From Tubulanus polymorphus (Eukaryota; Animalia; Nemertea), in assembly GCF_964204645.1 (NCBI RefSeq), contig NC_134029.1:19524950-19588949 (forward strand): a DNA stretch of 64,000 nucleotides, read 5' to 3'. This document shows positions 14,109-26,183 of this stretch, one piece after another; the first letter of the stretch is position 1, and each line of letters opens with the position of its first letter. The position numbers and the translations under genes are program-made. The notes below the pieces were generated by a model. That model had not been told where the DNA came from. It ran no database searches and worked only from the letters and a program-made list of their open reading frames with translations.

Positions 14109-14330
14109 AAAGACGAGTAGTACTATATAGGTTAACTATTCATTTGACCACGAGCTTTCGCTACTTATCTAAAGTAGCTTCATCAGGTGAATGAGTGATG
14201 AAGCGATGAAGCTACTACACATTAGTAGCGAAATCTGGTGCATCAAATAAATAGTTAACCTAGTACTACTCGTCTCGTCTTTATTGGCTACGTGGAGCTA
14301 TGCGAGTCAGTCACAATGGTAAATTTCATA
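14109..14330. mobile_element. Penelope-like (pLTR-type) non-autonomous insertion with inverted arms
   Basis: Arms 14109-14184 and 14205-14282 are inverted copies of each other. The left arm is homologous to 26077-26172 and contains the hammerhead motif. AATAACAAAG is directly repeated at 14103-14112 and 14331-14340. Confidence 0.7.
14138..14192 (-). ncRNA. minimal type I hammerhead ribozyme motif (Penelope type)
   Basis: Minus strand reads ATTCAC CTGATGA A GCTACTT TAGAT AAGTAGC GAAA GC TC GTG GTCAAA TGAAT: intact core boxes, 7-bp stem II, palindromic AGCT stem III, and stem I CAC/GTG. Confidence 0.75.
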
Positions 14331-14657
14331 AATAACAAAGCTATCATTTTCTCTAAACCTGCCATTCGTAAGGCTCTGGGTCAAATCTGATAGACAAGAA
14401 TCGGATTTGTCTTCGGATACCAAATTTGCGCCCTTGCAATCGGCCCATCTTTCAATTCAGTTAGTTGCAAAGCCTAGATTCAAGTTCAAGGTCAAGTTGG
14501 AAGTTCAATTTCAAGTTTATTTCGCGGAAAGAAAAATACATGCAGAGATGAAAAAGAAACCATACGATAAGATTTGTAGATTTATTCAACAAGCGCGTAA
14601 CACGTGATGCGAGAAAGAAAATGAGCTCCATGTGTAGGCCGAGCCACTCCTTAAAAG

Positions 14658-14781
14658 AGCCCAACTCACTCGAAGCAGGAATAAGAAACACAGTTTCAGG
14701 AAACAATGTTTCCGACATTAAACATGTTTTGATTCCGTGTTTCTCCGTTAGACTGATCCCTTGCGTCGTAAGCGTTGGGCG
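14658..14781. mobile_element. MITE family 1 copy (short, reverse orientation)
   Basis: AGCCCAACTCACTCGAAGCAGG ... CCTTGCGTCGTAAGCGTTGGGCG, followed by TAA. Confidence 0.8.
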
Positions 14782-15460
14782 TAAGGCCGCACTTGTCACC
14801 CCATATTTATACAAACTAACAAGATTCAACGTATTTATATCCATGCTCACCCTTTCAATTCAATTCAATAATACTCTGTTATATTCATTTCATGATCTAC
14901 GGTGAATAAGACAGTCTAGTTGGTTGAAATGGGGATAAATCATGACATTGCCTTTTCATACGAAAAAATGATCCTCGCGTCCTTGAATTTAAAATGTCAA
15001 TGACGCGCCATATTCAGCGTTATGGTGACGTCAGCAAAAGTCTTCATGAATAAATTACCGACTACATTCCGATACGACGATGACACGTGACCGCATCGGT
15101 GTCGTCGTTAAAGTGCCGGCGAATTATGCGAAGCATTTTCCTCAGTTATTTTATTCATAATTACTTCAGTTGGAAATACTGCACCCAAGCGGCTATGGCG
15201 TTCAACGATCAGCGTGTAGTAACTCAACCCTTTTGCAGCGCGGTTATTATTCCAAACGCATCGATTGCGAATGAGAGGCTTTTGACATGGAAAAACACCT
15301 TCAAGAGCTTGACAGTGTTTCCGGAGATATGTTCCGCTAATTTCGCGACATAGTGCGCGTCAGTTTATTTTCATTACGTTTCGAAAAACGGGATGGTTAG
15401 AAGAATACGTAGACATTTCCACAATAAGGCTAGAAATAAAGTTCATCGTAAGCGAATGCA

Positions 15461-15507
15461 TTGAGCAACGCTCTGGCCATTTAGACAATGGCCGAAACGT
15501 TGCCCAA
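15461..15507. other. imperfect hairpin
   Basis: TTGAGCAACG-CTCT-GGCCATT tagac AATGGCC-GAAA-CGTTGCCCAA. Confidence 0.65.
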
Positions 15508-16112
15508 CGTTCTCACTCATAACAGAAATATTAGCCTTTTTCTGGCATTGTTATGCGAAATGTTACATTGCTACACGGTAATTGTGTATAACCTCGACCT
15601 TTTCATAGGAATCAGTAGAAAATCTAACATGCAATTAATTGCTCGATCTATAGATCTCTAGGAAGTGAGTCATTCTGTGAAGAAAATGTTGAAGCTATAC
15701 ATTAGGATTGATGGAGAGCATTATCTAGCTGTCGTAACGGAATATATAGATAATGACAATCGGGACAAATTATTCGGTATCCAGTCCTACTGCATCCGAG
15801 CCCCCCTTCCGGCTTTCTTCCCCGACAATCACCCTTTATACTGTACACACACATTCGCATTGATTCATGGATTGTATAGTATTTAGCATCTTGGGCATCC
15901 GGGTATTGTGTATTTTGCTAAAGTGATTAATGACAGCTTTTCCCATGTTAGCGCTCACCCATGTCAACCATTAGCAGACGGTGTGCGCGGAATATGAGAT
16001 CAGGCTTCGGTTTCGCCGGTGTCTCGATCATGCTTAAATGAACACCCTCTCCCGACAGTTTTTTTTTTCGAAGTAGCAACGGTATATCTTAAAAGTATAT
16101 AGTCTAGTAGTA

Positions 16113-16113
<1 letters not shown>

Positions 16114-16159
<46 letters not shown>
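16114..16159. repeat. (TA)23 microsatellite
   Basis: Perfect TA dinucleotide run. Confidence 0.98.
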
Positions 16160-16164
<5 letters not shown>

Positions 16165-16414
16165 TTAATCGAGTCACCCTTTTTGGGGCGGAGGAGGTAG
16201 GTCTGGGGATATCGATCTCATCCCTAGCCCGGATATTGATTATTTTTGGTCTAGTACGGACGATTCATGGTTCTATTGCGGATCAGCTCGTGAAAAAATC
16301 AGCCTTATTGATACGTATAAATAGAAATAGAAATACATCCTCTTTAAGGTATAATCTTAGTGAAATGTAAGGTTAAATGCGCTGTGCAGGCCTTGTGCTT
16401 TCTAAACTTAGCAC

Positions 16415-16576
16415 CAGTGGCGGATCCAGTGGACCGCTTGAGATTTTGCAATAACATTTTCAATCTAGTCAATATTTGCCTGCATGTGACTGACTTTACA
16501 TTCAAACGCCCTACTGGTTTTATCTAAGGAACCGAAACAACTTAAGCTCAATCTTATATCTTGGATCTTGCCAATG
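16415..16576. mobile_element. degenerate MITE with CAGTGGCGGATCCA terminus
   Basis: Left CAGTGGCGGATCCAG versus right TTGGATCTTGCCAATG (imperfect). No TSD. Confidence 0.35.
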
Positions 16577-19500
16577 GGAATACGGTCACTTATACTAATC
16601 TATCCTCGACACTGGAGACGCATCGACAAGCGCAAATAACAATATTTCGATGAGTGCACTACTCTGACCTATCGTTAAAAGTGTACGTTCTGCGATCATT
16701 AAACGTCAGGTGATGGTCGCAGATATGTTAGTAATGGCTATCGATTGGTGCTGATTGAGCTGACGAGGTCAATATCATGGTATACCCGGCCTTAATATCG
16801 GAGACACTGATTGACTGGGACCACGAAATACATTTCTCGATATATATGTTATGATTTTCTTTCTAAAAGTAATACAGCACATGAATCTTGAGTTGAAAAT
16901 GAAAACAAATGAATTGTTAGATCTAGGCCTCTCGCTATACCATCCACTGCGTAATCTGTGCGTGATCTGACGATAGAGTCCGAAAGGTCGTGCCATTTGA
17001 GAATATTTTTGTTGAGTTTTTTATGTATATAATACGTAATTTTTCATAAATACATATATAAGCTTTTTACGGCCCTGTGGTTTTAGTTTTATGGCCTGTG
17101 GCAGACTAGACCGAGGGTAAATGTGCAGTAAATGTCGATTACTTTTTTTCGAATCTCACAGAATAGATAACAGAATGATGATTTTCGGAATATTTGCAAT
17201 TACCACGAATACCCTGATAGCTGAAATCAACAATCGGTTGTAAATCTAAATGTAATCTTGACAGGCTTAACTCTCCGAAGTCCACTTTAAGATCGCTTTT
17301 AGTCTTCTTCTCATCCTGTCGAAAGTTATACCCCGACACATTTATCTATTTCAGTCGCTTTAAATAGCACGAATTTCACATTTCAAAGCGTCAGCTACGA
17401 TCCAAAAATTCAATTAAGTGCCGGGTACTTGATGATAGAATCATTCAATTTCTCCGCTAACACAATAAAGGTGTTCAAATTGAGATTACATTGGCAGAAA
17501 TCAGACAGCTTACGAGTCGGTGCCGCCAGGAATTCAACAAGATTTGATGACGATGCTTTTTCCTAATGATTAAATGTGTCGGCTGCGCGAAGATTAGATT
17601 TTTACGAAAAGTTTAATTCGATTCCGGGTCGTTTCGTCGACATGTACTGGAAACTGCTGGAAAGAAAACGAATGCTGTTTTGATGCAGAATAAATTCATT
17701 TATCGATATATAAGTAAAATTTACTGGCTATTTAAAATCATACACGAGATCGGCTAGGTTGAAATGAGATATCAGTTCAAAAAGAAAACATGGCTTTTGC
17801 TTAGGTGATTGCCTCCTTTCGGGGGTAGCGAATGAACCCCGCGAAATTTTCCCCTTTGAAAGTGCCTTTCAAAAAGTCAGTGTGAAAATATTCTGGTCAA
17901 GATTTTTCGAAATTTGGATACAATATTTATGTTTTTTTTCGTAAAATGAAAAGTAATCCATTAACAAATTCGTTATCAGGAAAGTGTCCCTTTTTACGGT
18001 GAAAAAGTGCCCTTTCTCTTGGAATAGAACTGCTCCTCAAAAAACAAGGTACGGGCGTGTCTTATATTCTAAGACTGGTCTTAGCTTGTAAGATTATACA
18101 TTGAACCAAATTGGCCTTAGACTAGTGCTAAATCGAAGCTAAGACTCTACCCTGGTGTATAAGGTTTTTCAAGGCACTCAACCGGTGGAACCAATCCAAT
18201 CGGGTGACGTTCTTTTGTGACGAGTCTTTCGGTTCTTTCTACTTCTCCATTTTTTTTACCACCGTCATAACCACCGCGCGTAATTTCGGCGCAAAAACAT
18301 TCGTCCATTGGCTTCGAGATACTTAAGCATTTAGTGAAAGCTTTATGGCATCTCTTGCATCTAGATGGCGGTTTTATGTGGAAGATTTCATCTGCAAGTA
18401 AACACAGTTGCCGTACGCGTACGGAATACGTAACCGGCGAGCCGATTATTTACCGGTTAGCCTGCTGAATATAGTGGCCGCCTTTTTGCCCCGGAACGCC
18501 GTTGTGTATCGAGATTACCAAATTTATTCATTGTCCGCGTAGCGAAGTGTTACAGACAGTATCGGCTGGGGATGGATTTTGACAGTCATTCGATCTGGCG
18601 TTCCAGATGTTATTATTCCGTGTACGTGAGACAAAAATCAACCGCATTCTCGACGATGTATTATTATCTCATATCTGCCTTTTCGACACGACGTGTGTCG
18701 CAAAAGCGATGGCCAAGCCGAACCTTCTGATTTCTTCTGATTTCTTCACCAGATGCAGTTTTCTCAGGTTTTTTTCCCCGACGACAACGTGAAATTATCG
18801 AACTTAGATTACGACTTTGACCGCTCAAACTGGTTCTACATTTCTGCTGCGGTATAGACAGCCGCTAGCGTGGCATAATATGCGACTTTTGCCCGATTCC
18901 CTAATGGCGTCGAGAAATTGGCGAGTAATTGGATGAAGTTTGAATGTTAATTAGTCCATAACCAGTTAACGAAGCAAATTAATTAACGATTGTCATGATA
19001 ATCAACCATTTACACGAACGTCATTCGGAAGGATATCCATAAATTTTCTGGGAAACGTTCCCGCTTAGCGCCAGGATAATTCGGATATCACGTTCTCTGA
19101 CCTTATGTCATTTCTATGACTGCCTTGTACATGCTAACTGTCGCATCATAGCAATCATAAATTTCATGTTATTACATTTTCAGTGTCTATAATATTTATT
19201 TATAATTTTGTTTATATGAAAGAAAATGGTATCATATCATAATTAACAACCGAAGGCTTTAATAACGAGTGATTTCGTAAAAAAATATATTATCATTGGT
19301 TGGACCGGCTATATCATACTGACACTGGGACCTTATTTCATAATATCATCACGTGTACTCAGGTTGAATCGTTATTCTATGTTTATGTTCTATCTGTACA
19401 CCGAAATCCGTATGGATATAACCGTATGATAAATGTTTATTAAATTGAATTAATCATATCATATCATATACGTCATATCTTCAAACGAAGGTTAATGATG

Positions 19501-21328
19501 CGATGATATATCATTCTCCATTTCCAATCGTTACTTATACTATCATCACATTGATAGTCCGGCATACTGATGCGGCGTACATTTTCATAGATAACTATCG
19601 GTTTAGAACTCGACGATAGCGCCAATTGCCGGAAATGGCCGAATAATTGCGAGTACGGTCGATCCGACAATCAGCGACCACTCGTATTTCCGCGCTGAAG
19701 TGGACGCACACTTGCCCGCCAGCCACAATCAAGTACATACTGACCAGTTTCGACATTTGCATTTGTTTTCTAATATGGCTTATTATAGGATTTGTATCGG
19801 AGCGCGCGGGCTGCTACTGTCGTTCGGGAATTACGATTTTTTTCCCCTGTCAGCTCATTTTAGGTGACTAACGTTGAATGGAAATGGACCGCTGATTCAT
19901 AAATAATATGACGCATATTTTCCGGGTGGATTTCTCCGAAATGTTATTATTATCATTACCAGGGTTCCTAACCCCCGGTTCGCAGATGGCAGTCGCTCGA
20001 TTTAAGCCGACTGCTCGTTATTGCGTAACTCCGTGCTCGGATTAAGTTAGCCGACTCCCGGCGGACGCGGTTTTAACCCGTGCCATTAATTTATTTAAAA
20101 AAAGACTTGAATAGAAATGAATTTCGCGTATATCATCGTTCATCGGTGACAGGCGCTCTAATGCCGCGTTGTTTCGAATGGAGGGTGGTTATTATTAGCC
20201 GGGCCTGAAATTACGTCATCACATCAGCGACCGGGGCTAATAGAATTTAGATTGAAAAAATACGCCTAAATCGCAATTAATCTTTAATAGATCGCGATAT
20301 CGCTTTCTTTATTAGACTCTGGACTAGCGCGCTCATTTTCCGATCGAGATAAGTTCTCGAAAAATAATTGGTAGGCGCCGTTGTTTTTAGAATGAGTAAT
20401 GCACGGGCCTCGCGTGTTAAACATGCGAACGAAGATTGCGATGACAACGACCGTATAGCAGCTGAGGGCAGCATTGTCTCGCTATAAACTATAAGCGAAA
20501 GGGAAGGCCAACTCCGTGACGTCACTATGCATTCGCCTTCGCTATCTTCGAAATTGATCAGCGCCCTCACCGGTGGCGATAAACAATAGGTTCTCGGAAA
20601 TAATTTCGATTATATTAATCTCTGCGAGCATTTAAACATTACCGTTTTTCAGGATTTGGTATTAAGACATAAACAAATCAATAAAAAACGCTAAATTAAG
20701 AATAGAGACCGGCAACCAGTCTACAACATCTATTGTTTGTCGCCACATGTGAGGCGCTGAACAAAAAACAAGATTACTAGCGGTGCCTAGTGGATTTTTG
20801 AGGAGTCGGCCTTCCCGTTCGCTTATAGTTCTATGGCTATATCAACCGTCGTTCTACTGGAAAGAATATTCATCTCCGCGAAAACGTCTACTCATTTGAA
20901 TTGGTTCGGTCGTTTTCTTCGCTTAGCAAATAAATTCCCGCCGCCGAAAATCCCCGGGTAGTTAATCCGCTACGGTTTATGCGGTTACACGCCCGATGCG
21001 AATCATTAAAACCGCATTCGATGATAACCGCCGCGCCGTTCATGCCGACCGTCGAAGTAAAAGTCTTGGTACGCGCCGCGCACACGCTCAATACGCAGAT
21101 GTGAACTATACTAGAGTTGACAGTTTTTCGCTTCGATTCCGACAAGACGACGTCGTTAATTCAAGTGTAATGGCGGTAATTAAACGTTTTTCGATGCATT
21201 AAATTCTACGTCGAAATACACACGTCGATGTCGGAATTCATTTCTTATGAAATCCGCAGCTTAACAATCCCAGCCTAGATCGAGTTTATTCATATGCTGC
21301 GCCCTCTCTAATGAACCCACCTCATTTA

Positions 21329-21888
21329 AGCCCAACGCAGACGGCGCTGGGAAACACGGAAAAACATGTTTTTTTTTTCGGGAATATGTTTCCCGAAACC
21401 ATGTTTCTCAATTTACGTAACGCACACGGCGCAGAGAAACACGGAAAAACATGTTTTCTTTCGGAAATATGTTTCTCATTTCTCGTAACGCACATGGTGC
21501 GGGGAAACACGGAAAAAATATGTTTTCTTGCGGACACATGTTTCCCGAAACCATGTTTATCATTTCTCGCAACGCACACGTCGCAGGGAAACACGGAAAA
21601 ACATGTTTTCTTTCGGAAACATGTTTCTCATTTCTCGTAACGCACATGGTGCGGGGAAACACGGAAAAAATATGTTTTCTTGCGGACACATGTTTCCCGA
21701 AACCATGTTTATCATTTCTCGCAGCGCACACGTCGCAGGGAAACACGGAAAAACATGTTTACTTTCGGAAACATGTTTCCCGGAACCAAGTTTCTCATTT
21801 CGCGTAACACACGCGACACAGGGAAGCGCTCGGAAACATGTTTCTGTCTCCTGTTCCCGCGTTTCCATGCGCTGTGTGTGTCGGGGCT
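21329..21888. mobile_element. MITE family 1 copy with internal tandem expansion (560 bp)
   Basis: Termini AGCCCAACGCAGACGG / TGTGTGTGTCGGGGCT with a perfect TTA/TTA TSD (21326-21328, 21889-21891). Six internal units start at 21334, 21419, 21487, 21571, 21639 and 21723, and the terminal module starts at 21806. Confidence 0.95.
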
Positions 21889-23147
21889 TTATTGGCATGT
21901 TAAAATGAAACCGTTCATGCAATTCTACCTCGAACATCGCAGTTTCCTATATCAAATTCACCCCGGGCCGATCCCAAGACTCGTGTATTTTCTGGTTCAA
22001 AAATCAAAATTCGATAGTCGATAAATTTGAATCAAGAGTTGAGGTTTAATTTAAGAGTTAGTTAATAAATTGAAATTTTGACGGAGGAGAACATTGTCGT
22101 ACTGGATCCTGGTGAAAAAATAAGGAAAAAAAACTAAGGAAAATTAAAGTCAAATTCTACGCAACGACGAAGTATCGCCAAAATGACTGAAACGATCAAA
22201 GCTTCACAACGAATCCAAAATGGCCATATCTAAATGGAAGATTTATCATTGGCCTTTGAAACGAATTTTCTTATAAGGAATAAGGCACTGCATAGCCACT
22301 AAAATGATTGGTATATATCTAAGGATGTAAACTTCGATTTCTTATTTGTTTCGTTTTGATTCTAAAAACCTATTACAGCTAATTAAATGGACTAGCTTGA
22401 ATCAATTTATGGCTAGTAAACAGGGCGATAAGTGTTGAACAGTTAAACAGTTTGAACAGGACAAGTTCGCTAGGATATATGATATATGCATGTATATACC
22501 TCTAATAATCGCAAATAAGAAAAGAAAAGAGACATGCCGGCGTCTAATATCATCTGATGCAATCAGAAATATGTAGAACATATCGCGCGATGTCACCCAA
22601 GTGTTTCTGACATTATTTTCTTTACACAAGAGTGTCACTTATGGCACCGGGAACAAAACCACTCAGTCAAAAACATTATTGTTTACAAGACACGGTGCAC
22701 AACAGTCGTATGTTGCATTATGTCTCAACGGTTTCGTTTCATGAGCTAAAGATATCGATTTCGACTCCATTTCGAACTTGACACCGCATGATTTGCCGAT
22801 TTTGTGAAATTATATTATAAACGGGGGTTCAACACGGGAAGTGACCTGGAATCAGGACCTTCGGGATCTTTCCACGTTTCAAAAAAGAAAAAAATATTGA
22901 AGTGAAAGCGAATTAAAACCGCGAGAAAAACCGCTTCGAATTTTTGAAGGTAGATTTATTGAAGTATTGTTATGACTCGATGAAATCATATTCTCTTGTC
23001 TGAATCAAAGACTTGGTATTGCTTTTAATGTACATCATTTACCTAAGCAAACCACACTTATATAATTCATCGAAATGGAGTCAAATCTTACATAAGAATA
23101 CCATAGACTCTAAAAACAATTCGTTTTGGAGTCGAATCAATCACCAT

Positions 23148-23191
23148 AATGAAAATGATAATGATAATGATAATGATATTAATAATTATAA
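23148..23191. repeat. (AATGAT)n low-complexity repeat
   Basis: AATGAAAATGATAATGATAATGATAATGATATT. Confidence 0.8.
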
Positions 23192-25121
23192 TACTTTGTT
23201 CAGCTTAAAATCCATATGAAATATGCTCACTGGCTTTACATCATATAGAAACAGAGAAAACTAAAAACGAGTTTAATTAAAAGCAATTGATGAACAAATG
23301 GGTTTTGAGCTTAGCTTTTAAAACATCGAGAACAAGAAAATATTTCAACGGTTGTTGAACAAAAATAGAACGAAACACTTGACTGTGACAAAAAAAAACC
23401 CAGTAATCTGCCTTATATTCATACCATCTTAAAGGACGATGAATTTCTTTACGTTTCATAATCTTAAACTCAATTATTTTCAGTTTTTCCATCGTTATCG
23501 TTAATCATGCGATTACCTGCTTCAAGCTCGTCGTTTGCTTTTGCGGTAAATAGAAACCCGAGCAGCGCGCAGCGACTGGTCGAACTTTGAGCTCAAAAAC
23601 CGTCTCCAAATACTCCCACACTTTCGATACGATAAAAATGAATTTCAACGAGGTGTATTCGAAAAACACCCGCGTATTGACTTTCAAATTACCTCGATCA
23701 TATCGAAATAGCATTTTGTTTTGTCGGCGATCAATTTTTTCAGTTCTTTTCCCCTTTTTTCGATGTCTGAGCGGAGTTTGTTTATCAGGTCTGAGGATAG
23801 TTCTGTTTATCCTTGGTCGTATCGGGCAAAATAGTTTATTCTTAGTAACGTTATCGAATCGATTCAACCTACAACGTCGATTTTAGAATCGTCAGTTGAA
23901 AGTTTGCGTTTTGAAATCGTTTAGCCACACTCGAACGTGGAAAATCTATCTAGAATTATGGGGCATATATACGGGGCAGAACTAGTTAAATCGACATCCC
24001 TCGTATATATAACCCAGTTATTCCTACACGCCTAGCGATGATCTCTAGGAAGAGAGAGAGTTCGAATGTTCGATTTTCTGATTTTTAATTTTTGAATAAT
24101 AAATTTTGCCTTTATATTTGTACATAGCGTAGTGGGCGTTTATCATATCGTCTGGTTAAACGATGTAGGCTAAATGACGGAAGCGGTGGAAGCGATCGCC
24201 ATTTTTTGCGAGTATCCGTGTAATATCAATCACGGCGAAGAACGTTTCCATTCGATGACTGTTGGATTCCCACCGAGATCGCGTCGAAAGCCGGTGCGTT
24301 ATTGAGGTCAGCGAATCCTGATTCTAGCTCTGTCGTGAACTGTCAGGGCAGCGACGATTTCCTGCGGCAAACGTCAGTCGGAGACGCGCGCCTTTTTGGC
24401 CCCGGGTCCTCGTCATATTGACAACTTCAATTAACGGCGAGACGTTCGAAGATTTAGAGTCCCGCGCACGAAAGCGAGCTATAAGCTATAACGATATAGG
24501 CTGCGGTTTGAACCCCGCGTATACGTATCGATTCATACGGCGAATTCCTTGAATCGATCGAGTCGTTCTATTGAGCTTTATGTCTGCTGATAATTTAGAG
24601 GATTTTTTTTTCAATCTTAACGACGGACTCTGCCGGCGACGGATGTCGGGGGGCGAAGACTTCTAAATACGCGGCTACGAACTGTATACGTTGATTTACA
24701 CCGCTAGGGCCTCTCGTCAGCCGCGCGGGTGTAATCGGCCATTCTTACACATGTGTTGATTAATATTTGAACGCGACGCAAATGGCAGATTAAGTTCTAA
24801 ATCACGATCAGGGCAATTCTTCACGCGCCCGCGCGTATACGGCGCAGATCTTCTATCAGTGACAAGCAGCCTGTGTTGGGAGTTCGGTTCATCGCGCATT
24901 AAATGTCCGATAACGATGTCAGTCAAAAATAGTGCGCGCTTACATACGCCGAGTCCCTTAAAGGGGCTATATTTCATTCTTGATGAGGCCAATGAATCCG
25001 CAGTCTTTTAGTAGAAATTAAAGAAGCGACAACTTTGCAGCGAATACCTAAAAAAGTCGGAATCGAGAGACTCAAAAAGCTGATAATAAAATATTGTTTC
25101 AAACCGAAATATAACACTAAA

Positions 25122-25347
25122 AGCCCAACGCACGCGACGCAGGGAAACACGGAATCAAACATGTCTGATCTCGGAAACATTGTTCTTATGTTAATTGTTT
25201 CTCGTAAACGCACACGTTTCCCACGTGTCGTGTGCCTTTTACGAGAAACATAGTTTTGGGATGGGAACAATGTTTCCGCGATCAAACATGTTCGTTTGGC
25301 TGTTTTTATGTTTCCGCATTTCCCTGTGTCACGTACTAATTTTGGCT
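25122..25347. mobile_element. MITE family 1 copy made of two inverted left halves
   Basis: AGCCCAACGCACGCGACGCAGGGAAAC at the left. Around 25220 it is symmetric (TCTCGTAAACGCACACG / CGTGTGCCTTTTACGAGA). The right end is degenerate. Confidence 0.85.
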
Positions 25348-26076
25348 CTAAGAACGCTCATGAAGAAAAGACGCGAGGTCAAAGACTCTTCGAAGATAAT
25401 GGACATGGATTAATCCTAACGATGTAACAATTTCAAACTGCATAATGAAAAATAAATACGTCATCTCATAATCATTACTTACCGCTGTCAACTTTCAGAC
25501 GTATATTAGTCTTTTTTAAATATACTATTTGTCACGCGTAAACAAACTGGTAATGGAGTATAATTTGGCTGCTCGGTGACTGGTAATACTAGACAAAAGT
25601 CAATGATTACTCATGCCGTGGAAAGGAAAACACTAAATTGTGACGAGGAGGGACGAAACTGGCTTAAGTGGCATTAATGAGAAATGAAGATGCTTTAAAT
25701 AGAAGAGTTGTCTTCGCCATTAGCCGTGACATCCTCGAGAAGTGGTCTAACCGACAGTGTGTACGCGGTATTATAGTAATTCTTGCAGTACGTCAAACCG
25801 CAGTCACATGTTATAGTCCGTTCGTCCGTCTGCGCATGTCGACGACGTCGTGAACTGATGATCTTATACATAAATAATAGTGTGTCGTTTATAAACCTAC
25901 ACTAACTCGTTGAACCCGGGTTTCGATGTAGGTGCAGGGTCCGACGAAAACACGCATTTGCAGCGAGCGGCGTCTACTCGGTAGAATATGAATCCACATC
26001 CGTACTTCAAGTTCAAGGTCAAAATTGGCGCTCAATCCTGCATTGAATATGGGTTTATCGTCTACACTAGAAAAAA

Positions 26077-26183
26077 TAAATAACAGGATGAGTTGTACTT
26101 TAAAAGTTACCTATTCATTTGACGCACGAGCTTTCGCTACTAATGTATAGAAGCTTCATCAGGTGAATGAGTAAAAAAAAAAA
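26077..26183. mobile_element. short Penelope-like insertion with A-tail and TSD
   Basis: Homologous to 14103-14196. Ends CAGGTGAATGAGT plus an A-run. Flanked by the direct repeat ACTAGAAAAAA (26066-26076, 26184-26194). Confidence 0.75.
26113..26168 (-). ncRNA. minimal type I hammerhead ribozyme motif (second copy)
   Basis: Minus strand reads ATTCAC CTGATGA A GCTTCTA TACAT TAGTAGC GAAA GC TC GTG CGTCAAA TGAAT. Stem II has one T-T mismatch. Confidence 0.7.

Noticed and set aside
21311-22024. Cluster of overlapping 90-126 aa repetitive ORFs
   Set aside because: They are open on both strands and in several frames only because the MITE tandem units lack stops. There is no protein-like signal.
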